A DNA stretch of 64,000 nucleotides, taken from the NCBI GenBank assembly GCA_043228905.1, contig JBHGNT010000001.1, positions 12,586,001 to 12,650,000 on the forward strand, written 5' to 3'. The DNA is from Azolla caroliniana (lineage: Eukaryota; Plantae; Polypodiophyta). Position 1 is the first letter of the stretch. Each line of letters starts with the position of its first letter. Under the pieces are notes generated by a model. The model was not told the origin of the DNA, made no database searches, and saw nothing but the letters and a program-made list of their open reading frames with translations. Position numbers and translations under genes: made by a program. Shown here piece after piece: positions 1 through 10,122 of the stretch.

Positions 1-1326
1 ATGCAAATTGTTTGTCTTTAATGTTTCAAACGTGGGGATGGTGCTAGGATCTTGTGTTCGGTGCCATCTGGCAGCCGGTCCCTCCAAGGTCATGCCGAAC
101 TTTGCCCTTTTTGAGCGTTCCTCTTCGGCTGCATTTAAGCGTTGGGACACATGGTTCGCCTCCCAAGTTTGCTGAAACGCATGGACGTGGGCTTCCGCGT
201 CCAGATCATCCAAGTATCTGGGATATTGGAACGACATATCGTCGTCTGGTGTCGGTACATGGGTTGGTGGTGTTGGTGGTCATTCCTCCTCTTTTGGTGT
301 CGGAGGTTTTTCCCGGTCTTCTGTCGCCGTCGGAGGTGTTTCCTGCTCCTCTTTCGGTGTCGGAGGTCTCTCGTCCTCGACTTCTAGTTCTGGAGTGTGG
401 TCGCCTTCCGGTACCGGAGGTTCCAGCCTTGTCAATTCTAGTTCGGGTGTCGGCAAGGTATCCGACTCCTCATCCTCTGGTCCGCCTGGGGTGTCGTTAC
501 TGCTACGGTAGTTCATCTGCGCGCTGTATTCCCCATCCGAACCTGATTCAAATGCCGAAAATGCTTCAGATTCGCCTTCCCTTGCTGCCAATGCCTGGAG
601 AAGAGATTCCGCTTCCCAGAGGCTGCTTAGGCTGCTTCCTTCGTCCGGGTAGGCGTTTTGTGGTAACCGAAGGGACTCCTTGACCACTCTTCGGATCAAC
701 TTGGAAAATGAGTGATCTGCTTTGATTTTTTCTACCGCTTGCTAGAAAGCCTCTCGCTTCCTCAGCCGTTTAGCAAGTCTCATTGCTTGCTCCGTAACCG
801 GGTCGTTCGTTGGTCGCATCATCCATTCCCGCCAATGTTCGTTGCGATTGTGCAGGAATCGTGGTCGCCAAGAACTGTGTTAATCCTTAGGGCCAGACAA
901 TGGCCTAACACAGGGTGTCTCTGGAAGACACTTCACCAAAGGGGTGTTACGGCGAGATAACTTAAGACACAACGATTAATCCAACTTAATTGGCTACTTA
1001 GCAATAAGGCATTCACTTAATACACGCGTAAGATATAACAATTAATACAGAGCGGTAATCAATACGTGAAGATGAAACAAGAAGCTTATATTAATTCTCC
1101 GTTAAAGTTTTACATTGTAACCGGGCCTTTATATAGATCATCAGTGTTGCGTACAAAACGGTGCCAATCGGCACCTGTTCGGAACCGGTCCGTATCTAGA
1201 TCGGCATACCGATTCCGATCTGTTCGTTCACTACATAATTATAATCTATTCTACTTAATTAAAATAGATTCCGAATAACCATCCCTTTCACATTCTGGTC
1301 TTTACTCCTTTGTCGGCCGGGTAACA
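1..1326 (-). mobile_element. 5' part of LTR element M1 (probably Gypsy): 5' LTR ~876-1326, PBS 859-870, decayed gag N-terminus-like ORF running off the window
   Basis: Terminus TGTTACCCGGCCG on the minus strand at 1326. LTR is homologous to 63122-63557 and 55539-56010. PBS TGGCGACCACGA (tRNA-Arg-like). ORF 280-699 aligns with translation of 63600-64000 (DEGSSLSSL / DDGSSLSSL; AFSAFESGSDGEYS / AFSSYESDSEGEYS). Confidence 0.7.
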
Positions 1327-2487
1327 ATTATTTATTTGGGAAATTTGATTTTCAATCAAGGTGTTTGAATTGATGTTTCTCAAATAGAGAAAATGAATCC
1401 TCAATCTATTCTTCATAATGTCCCAAAACAAACATAATTCATTCCTCTATTTTCCTAAATTTCTATGAAAGTCAATTTGTAAATTTTCACAATTTAAAAG
1501 GTAAAAAATGCAACTTGGCGAAACCAAATCCATAAAATGATGATCTAGTTTATTGTTTCATCGATCTCAAAGAACGTGTTTATATGTCATGACATCATAG
1601 GGTGCTTTATATAAGGTCACCCTCTCTCTACATTCTCTCACTAAAATGCCTACTCTCTCTAGAACCTTGGGGAATGTGGAAACTCATTAGTTATGGGGAA
1701 TATGGAGCTCATTAGTTATGTGTCATAGAATATGAATCTATGACACATAGTTAATGTGTAGAAAGTAGTGGTGACCTTTGACCTTCGAGTGCTCATAGAT
1801 TCTCAAAAGGTGTGTTCACACACTAGACTAGGTTGAGCTTGATTCTCAACACGCCCCCTCAAGCTCAACATTGGTTGGCTTTCGGTTTTCGACCTTCCGA
1901 TGGTATCCACCTTAGTTGATGTCCGCTTCGGTTGGTATCCGGTTCTCTCTTGTACTTCCCCTCAAGCTTGGCAAATCAAGGATCGTCAGTCCAAGGTTTG
2001 ACATGAATTGTTGAAGCTTGTCGGATCCTAGGGCTTTGGTTAAGATGTCTGAAAATTCATGTTGATGTGTTGAAGGTCGACATCTCCAGCTTGAACGCGC
2101 TCTTAGATGAAGTGATAGTGCACTTCGATATGCTTCACGCGCGCATGGAACACTGGGTTCCGAGCTAGATGAATACTGCTCATGTTGTCCCAGTAAAGGG
2201 GAATCAGATCCTTGATGGGTATGCCCAAATCCTTTAATATTCTCTTCAGCCCAATGGCTTCACATGCAGCCACAACCACGCTCCTGTATTCGGCGTCTAT
2301 ACTCAATGGCTTCTTGCTACTCCAGGAGATGTCTCCACTTCCGAGAGAGAAGACGATTGATCATTGGTCGGCTCTATAGCCGGCCCAATCGGCATCCATA
2401 TACCTTTCGAGTTGAATTGGCATGATTGACTTATAGAGATTGCTATAGTCCATCTTTCCATTCACGTATCATAACATTCAGCACAAT

Positions 2488-3009
2488 TGTTGAGCGAACA
2501 AGCTCAAACTGATCCGGATCGGCTAAGTAAGCCAGAGCTAGATCAATATCCGGAACCAAGAGCTGGACTGTAATCCGTATTAATGTAACCCATAGGCCGT
2601 TAGAGGCCTATGATCCTAGCCTAGTACATAGGAAGTCAGTGTCAGTCGCTCAGTATGAGCATTGAAGTACTTGTCAATACTTTTGTCGGTCCTTTAAGGA
2701 CTTATATAAATAGTGATAACATAGTTGTATGTACAGAGTGTTCATTGTTTGAAATTGGAGTTTTGTTGTCTGCTCTCCCTCTCTCTCTGTCTCTCACTGT
2801 CTCTCTCTCACACCTACTCTGTGTACTCCATTCCCAGTGTCAGTTGCTCATTGTTTGATATTTTTAGGAAGTCAGTGTCAGATGCTTAGTATGAGCATTG
2901 AAGTACTTGTTAGTACTTCTGTTAGTCCTTTAAGGACTTGTATAAATAGTGATGTCAAGCATAGTTGTATGTACAAAGTGTACATTGTTTGAAATTGGAG
3001 TTTTGTTGT

Positions 3010-3041
<32 letters not shown>

Positions 3042-3080
3042 TCTCTCTCTCTCACTCACTCTCTCTCTCTCTCTCACACA

Positions 3081-3138
<58 letters not shown>

Positions 3139-3227
3139 CTCTACGTACTCCATTCTCATTGTTTTTTGTTGCGATCCGGCAAAACCGGTTGTGAGTTGTG
3201 TTTAGCTTCCATACCGTAACTTTTACA
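2488..3227 (+). mobile_element. Solo LTR J (related to Copia I LTR), with internal ~237-bp tandem duplication
   Basis: TGTTGAGC...TTTTACA flanked by TSD ACAAT (2483-2487 / 3228-3232). Similar to reverse complement of 24578-24970. Block taggaagtcagtgtcag... occurs at ~2629 and ~2866. Confidence 0.85.
3010..3134. repeat. (CT)n/(CA)n compound microsatellite inside solo LTR J
   Basis: Seen directly. Confidence 0.95.
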
Positions 3228-4831
3228 ACAATTTAAATGAATATCTTGTGGAGTTTGCATGAATTGGCTAAGGAGGCCGACTTGATAGTTGAGGTTGGGT
3301 CGAGTGATTGTGAGAAAGATGAGGATTTCAATCAGTTGTCAACACTAAGTCGGCTCACACTCTTTTGTGCGGAGTTGGCAGTTAGTTCTAGGTTTCGATC
3401 GAGAGGGGTTGCGATAAACTTACACTCACTCATCCCGAACTTATATAATAAGTTGAAGATGTAGTGATGTTGGGAGATCATAATGCCAATTGGAGTCCGA
3501 ATTACCTCAATACCAAGGAAGTAATGGAGCTCTTTCATGTCCATCATCTTGAATTTTCCGGAGAGGAGGGTCTTGACCTTGTTGATGTCAACTAGGTGCT
3601 CACCTCCAATGACCAGATCATCCACATATAGGATGATGACTATCAGGCTTCCAGAATCATTTCTTACATAGAGGGAATTGTTGGATTTTGACATTCTGAA
3701 GCCGATCCGATGAAGATATTGAGTGAACTTGGAATGCCAAGCTCGTGGCACTTGCTTAAGGCTATAGAGTGGCTTCTCTTGTTGGCATAGTACTTTCAGA
3801 TGGTTGCTGGATTCGAAGCAAGGTGGTTGTGTCACAGACACACCAACCATGGACTCAGACGGAGCATGAATAACGGGGCTAAGAGTGTGGAACTTAAGAA
3901 GCCAGGAACGACATAAGAGCATGAAGACAGAGATAAAGACCAAGGAAACAAGATGGGGTGAAACGAGAATATTGTATTGATGTGTCAATGACTGGTGTGA
4001 ATCCCTTGAAAGGTACCACGGAGGTTACAAGTATTTATATTGTGAGTCGAAGTACATGCATTAGAATATTCTGGAGAATATTCGGGTGAATATTCTAGAA
4101 CCCTCTAGAACCTTCTAATTTTAGAACTTTCTAAAAACTCCTAGAACTTCAAATAGATAATCTACTAATAATCTCTAAGATATACATAATATGACCATGT
4201 ATTTGGATGTATTGGTTAGAACATAACACTTGACTATAATACAAGAGGTCAAGAGTTTCAAATCTTGACATGAATGTTGTCATATGTTTGTGACATTATC
4301 CTCCCCTTTACGACCGCCTTTTCGAAAGCATCATGGTGCAAGTGTCACAGACATGACAACAATTATATCAAGATTTGAACTCTTGATCTCTTGTATTATA
4401 GGCAAGTGTTATGTTGTAACCAACACATCCAAGTACATAATCGTATTATGAATATCTTCATAGATGATCTATTCATGTTCTAGGAGTTTTTAGAAAGTTC
4501 TCGAACTAGAAGGTTCTAGAGGGTTCTAGAATATTCTTCAAAATATTCTCAAGAATATTCTAATGCATGTACTTCAACTCACAATATAAATACTTGTAAT
4601 CTCCTTGGTCCCTTTCAAGGGATTCAACACCAATCATTGACACATCAATCTAGTATTCTCGTTTTGCCTCATCTTTGTCTCCTTCATCTTTATTTCTGTC
4701 TTCATGCCCTCATGTCGCTCACAACATCTAGAATTCCTAGCCTCATCACATCTAGCTCCAAGTTCATCCGTCACTTGTAGCCCCATCATCTGTGCTCTGT
4801 CCTAGTCCGCGCTTGGTGTGTCTGTGACAGT

Positions 4832-4842
4832 TTGAATCCCTT
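4832..4842 (+). promoter_or_regulatory. Self-priming PBS of element D
   Basis: TTGAATCCCTT just after the LTR is the exact complement of AAGGGATTCAA (4617-4627), 32 nt after the start of the TATA box. Matches the Tf1/sushi-type arrangement. Confidence 0.8.
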
Positions 4843-5204
4843 CCAACTAGAAGCACCACCCATCTTCGTCATCACCTTTGCTTCTAGAGTTACCATCATC
4901 ACCGTCATCAACATCCTTGTCTTCAACGTCATCATTTTCAGCACCTCTTCGCCCAACCATCGTCGTCATCAACACTACTTGTCATCATTTTTAGGTATCA
5001 TTTTGCATCATGGTTTTGGTGAGGAGTGCTTTCGATCGCTCACCTTCCCAGTTCTGGTTGGGGTCACAACCGCTCACTTTCATGGTGGGGATCATGTGGG
5101 TTTCTCGCTAGCGCTACCGTTTATGCCGTGTCTTGGGTCAATCTCGACTATTTACCCTCTCATAATAGAAGAAGTCGAGTCGACCGCTTTACTTGGAGTC
5201 CTTC

Positions 5205-5900
5205 GCCCGCTGTTGTTCCAGTTCTCGGTGAGGGCTGCATGGTCGCTCACGTCCGTTCATGTTCAGTTCTCGACGAGGGCCACATGGTCGCTCACGTCTG
5301 TTCTTGTTCCAGTTCTCGGTGAGGGCCACATGGTTGCTCATGTCTATTTATGTTGTAGTTCTCAATGAGGGCCGCATCGCATGGTCATTCATGCCCATTC
5401 ATGTTCAGTTCTCGATGAGGACCGCACATGGTCGCTCACTCCAGCTATTGTTCGTGTTCCCGATCCCGACGAGGACCAACATGGTCTCTCATGCCCGTTG
5501 GTGTTTGTGTTCTCCATGAGGACCGCACATGGTCGGTCATGCCCGTTCGTGTTCTAGTTCCAGTTCTTGGTGAGGACCACATGGTCTCTCATGTCCATTC
5601 GTGTTTATGTTCCTGGTGAGGGCCGCGGATGGTTGCTCACACCCGTGGGTGTTCCAGTTCCTGGTGAGGGCCGCACATGGTTGTTCATGCTTGTTGGTAT
5701 TCGTTTTCTAGTTCTAGTTCCCGGTGAGGAACACACATGATCACTCACGCCCGTTTGTGTTCCAGTTCCAGTTCTCAGTTAGGATTCGACATGGTCTCTC
5801 ACGCCCGTTCATGTTCCAATTCCAGTTCCCGGGGAGGACCGCACATGGTCCCTCACATCCGTTGGTGTTTGTGTTTCCAGTGAGGATATCACATGGTTTT
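5205..5900 (+). repeat. Degenerate ~50-60-bp tandem array in D internal region
   Basis: About a dozen units of gttccagttctcggtgagggccgcacatggtcgctcacg; reverse copies at ~22880-23090 in E. Confidence 0.85.
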
Positions 5901-8454
5901 TCACACCCACCACTTCCTGTTCACCCCTACACTGTGCTTTCAAAAAGGCAGCTGTAAAGGGGAGGATAATGTCATAATATCACATACATGACAACAGTTA
6001 TGTCAAGATTTGAACTCTTGACCTCTTTGTATTCTACTCTAGTATTATATTGTAACCAACACATCCAAGTACATAATCATATTATATATATCTTCATAGA
6101 TTATCTATTCACGTTGTCGAGGTATTCCTCGCGGATGCGTGGAATGAGGCGAGACCTCGGGGGTCTTGTACCGAAGAGCAAGAGAGAAAGGAGAAGGGAA
6201 GGGACCCACTACGTGCGAGCGTAGATTCACAGGGACACGGCCCTTCAACACAAAGACGCGAGTGGGACACCGACACAGAGAGACGCGAATGTATGTATAT
6301 ATATATGTTAACAAGACAAACAATAAGAAGCACGACGTTGGTTACGACCGAACAGGCCGGCGAACAGATGCCGACGCCTGTTCGTAAACGCACAGAAAGG
6401 AAGAAGTAGGTTGGAGATGCTGCCGGAAGCACTCGGGCATTCCTCAGAGCAGCGCGAGCCTCCCGAAACCTGCACAGAACGAAGCTACGGAGCTTGGAAG
6501 AGAGAGAAGCCTTCGGCCAACAACCCGACAGCACTTCGTCCTCTCTATCCGCGATCCCTTTCCTCTTCCCCGTCTCCCTCCTTTTTGTAGGGAATCGACG
6601 CTTCGATTCACCTTCACCACTCGGCCACAACCGAGGAAGCGCGAATTAATGCAGCAGAAAATAGGAAACACAGAGAAAGACACGATAACACAGGGATTAA
6701 CGTGGAAAACCCTAGACGGGAAAAACCACGGGAGTGCAAGACTCCAACTATCACTCTACGCTGGGAAATATACAATGGCGAGCTGCAAGGCGACGACCTT
6801 GAGCTCGCTATCCTCGCCACAGGCGGCGGTATTACACAGAGGCGTCGACCTCTTCCTTCTCTCTCTCTCTCGGCTGCTCTCACTCCGCTCCCTCTAGATG
6901 AAAAACAGAAAAAATGAGCAACAACATTAAAACTGTTTGCCCTAAGTCATATTTATACACATATGACTTTCGGGCTATTTACAACTATAGCCTCAAGGGC
7001 CCTTGGCAAACATATTCACAAATATGTCCCCGCATCCGGATCTCTCTCCGGGTACATTCGTCATCCGGCTCCGTAACCGGGATCTTCATCATCCGGTTCC
7101 GAAACCGCAACCGGGCTTGTCGTCATTCATCTCCGACATCCGACCATCCCATCCGAAGGGACCGTAATCCCAACAAACTCCCCCTTCACTTCGGCATGGG
7201 ATGTCTCTCCAATCCGATCCTCTTCCGGCATGCTTCCAGCTTGTCGGGTGTGAGCACCTTGGTCAGCATATCCGACCCGTTCTCGTCCGTGTGGACCTTC
7301 GTCAGCACGAACTCCTTGTCTTCTATCCTTTCCCGGATCCAGTGATATCTTCGCTGGATGTGCTTCGTCCGGGAGTGATAGGCCGCGTTCTTCGCAAGGT
7401 GGATGGCACTCTGACTGTCGCAGTAGAGTCGGTACTCCTCCTGCTGGATACCGAGCTCTCTAATGAAGTCCTTCATCCATATTATTTCCTTGCCGGCTTC
7501 AACAGCCGCCATGTACTCCGCCTCCGTGGTTGACAACGCAACCGTCTTCTGCAGCCTCGACTGCCATGAAACAGCTCCCCCTGCATACGTCATCACATAC
7601 CCTGATGTGGACCGGCTGGTATCTGCATCAGCCGACATATCCGAATCGGTAAAGCCGTCGAGTTCGGGCTTACTGGAGCCGAATCGGAGGCACACGTTTG
7701 CCGTGCCCTTCAGGTATCAGAGTATCCACTTGGCCGCGTTCCAATGCTCTTTGCCGGGATTGCTCATGTACCGGCTCACCACTCCGACTGCGTATCCAAT
7801 GTCCGGTCTTGTACACACCATTGCGTACATCAAGCTTCCGACGGCAGAGGCATATGGCACTTTCATCATGTCCTCCTTCTCAGCCTTTGTCTTGGGGCTT
7901 TGCTTGCTGGACAGCTTGCAGTTTGCCGGGAGGGTCGATCCGACCGGTCTTGCTTCCGACATGTTGAACCGTTTAAGCACCTTTGTCACGTACTTCTCCT
8001 GTGACAGCCACAACTGCTTCTTTGACCGGTCCCGGATGATGTGCATCCCTAGTATTTGTCTCGCCGGACCCAAGTCCTTCATTGAGAAGGTTCGGTGAAG
8101 AGCCTTCTTCAGCATCCGTATCTTGACCTGGTCCCGTCCGACGATCAACATGTCGTCCACGTACAGGAGGAGTATTAGAAAGTCTCCTCCTTCGAACTTC
8201 TTCACAAACACGCAGTGGTCGGACTGCGTTTTGAGGTACCCTTCGTCGGTCATGAAAGAGTCGAACTTCCGGTACCATTGCCGGGGAGCCTACTTCAGTC
8301 CGTAAAGGCTCTTCTTCAACCGACATACCAGGTGCTCCTTCCCTTTCTTCTCGAATCCTTCCGGTTGCTGCATGTAGATCTCTTCTTCGAGGTCACCGTG
8401 AAGGAATGCCGTCTTCACGTCCATCTGTTCTACCTCGAGGTCCATGCTTGCCGC

Positions 8455-10122
8455 TGTCATGAAGACATACATCTTGGCTTATCATGACATTCATCTTGGC
8501 GAACCAGGAATCGAACCCATAACCTCTTGGTTTACATATTGTACTTTAACCATTGTAATAACATATGTGAGATGTAATCATAATAATTATATGTTTAGTT
8601 ATTACGAGATATTTAGAACATTCTAGATTATTCTAGAATGTTCTTGAATATTTCATGATTATATTTATTATTATTATTATTCATAAATATCTAAAATATT
8701 CTAGAACATTCTAGAATACTCCATAAGGGCCTATAAATAAGAGTCCATACACTCATCACAACTCATTCGGTTCAACACCAGTCTTTAGCCCTTAGCCAAC
8801 TCCTTGTAATCTTCTTTCTCATAATATAATCGCATTCCCATTTCTTCAATAACTCTAGCAAGCTTTCTTCTTTATCCTTCTTTCTTTTTCCCCCGCGGTT
8901 ATGGAGTCGGTCAGCAAGCAAGAGTATATGCGTGTCCTTTCGGAGCTCGATATGCTCACCACTAAGTTTGTGGCATTAGAGCAAGAAAATCAAAGGCTAC
9001 TCGGGGATCTTCAACAAGTCAGTACTGAGAAAGCTCATCAATATGAGGAGTTATCACAACGGGTTCATCAACTTGAGGCTACTATATTAACATTACGAGA
9101 ACAAGCGGCGGGGGTTCAAAACTCCCCAAGGGAACCAAAGATTAGCCTCCCTGCCAAGTTTGATGGTACCAGATCTCTCTTTCGAGGTTTCCTGAATCAA
9201 GTTCGTTTGGTGATTCAGTTACATCCCAATCGGTATCCAACTGATGCTGCCCGTGTGGGATTAATAGGAACCTTGTTAAGCGGTACAACGTTAGCATGGT
9301 TTGCACCACTTCTTGAGAAGAAATCACCATTACTGGAGGATTTCGAGGCATTCGTTAAGGAGTTTCAAGCTAGTTTTGGAGATACGGATAGCACTAGGAC
9401 TGCAATAAACAAGATTCGAAGACTCCGACAAGGAGATCGTCCCGCTTCAGCTTATGCCGCAGATTTCCGTCTCTTGGCATGCGACATCCCTTGGGATGAG
9501 GAAGCCTTAATGGATCAATTCCGTCAGGGTTTGCGTAACGATGTCAAAGATCTTCTTCTTACTTTCCATGAAGATCCAAAGTCTCTTACTGAAGCTATTA
9601 GCCGAGCTGTGCGATGTGATAATCGCCTATTTGAGCGACGTTCTGAACGTCAACAAATGTTACGCCGCCAACCGGAACAGACATACGCTTCTATAGTCGC
9701 CACACCGCCACAAGGTTCTAGACCCGTTACGAGGGATGGTCCCACTCCGATGGAAATAGAGTCGACACAACGTCGAGGGCCCTTATCAGATGCTGAGAAA
9801 CAACGACGTCGGGCGCATCGCCTATGCCTCTACTGTGGTGGTCCAGGACATATAGCTGTGAATTGTCCACATAAACCCAGGCGTCAAGTTTACCAAGTAA
9901 GTGCACATGACAACCCTACATCAAGTTCTACTATCACTTCTAATAACTTAAGTACTAAGCCTACTAGCCCATGCCATGAGAATAGATTTGATGTCTTGAG
10001 CCAATTAGAGGATGTGTTAAACGAATAAGTCCGGCCAAAATAGGAGCCATTTGGTTGGACCATCCTAGTTATGTAGAGTCAGTACCTAGTTGAGATGACA
10101 TACATCTTGGCTTATCATGACA
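8455..10122 (+). mobile_element. Gag-only integrated unit C (1668 bp)
   Basis: Termini TGTCATGA...TCATGACA. TSD GCCGC (8450-8454 / 10123-10127). Removal restores Copia B RT (SIAASMD). 26-bp direct repeat at 8464-8489 / 10097-10122. Confidence 0.92.
8901..10028 (+). CDS. gag: Intact Ty3/Gypsy gag, 375 aa (PEG10/sushi/Tcn1-like capsid plus CCHC knuckle)
   Basis: N-terminal coiled coil, PAKFDG motif, LRQGDRPASAYAADF, F..GL..DVKD, GPTPMEI, CLYCGGPGHIAVNC. No stops. TATAAATA at 8732. Confidence 0.92.
   Translation: MESVSKQEYMRVLSELDMLTTKFVALEQENQRLLGDLQQVSTEKAHQYEELSQRVHQLEATILTLREQAAGVQNSPREPKISLPAKFDGTRSLFRGFLNQVRLVIQLHPNRYPTDAARVGLIGTLLSGTTLAWFAPLLEKKSPLLEDFEAFVKEFQASFGDTDSTRTAINKIRRLRQGDRPASAYAADFRLLACDIPWDEEALMDQFRQGLRNDVKDLLLTFHEDPKSLTEAISRAVRCDNRLFERRSERQQMLRRQPEQTYASIVATPPQGSRPVTRDGPTPMEIESTQRRGPLSDAEKQRRRAHRLCLYCGGPGHIAVNCPHKPRRQVYQVSAHDNPTSSSTITSNNLSTKPTSPCHENRFDVLSQLEDVLNE

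Noticed and set aside
8497-8565. Functional tRNA gene or canonical PBS
   Set aside because: No full cloverleaf. Only 8 nt lie between GTTCGATTC and CCA instead of 12, so it is not a true tRNA 3' end.
8901-10028. Domesticated host gag gene
   Set aside because: It sits between TG/CA ends and a TSD inside a young retrotransposon; no evidence of fixation.
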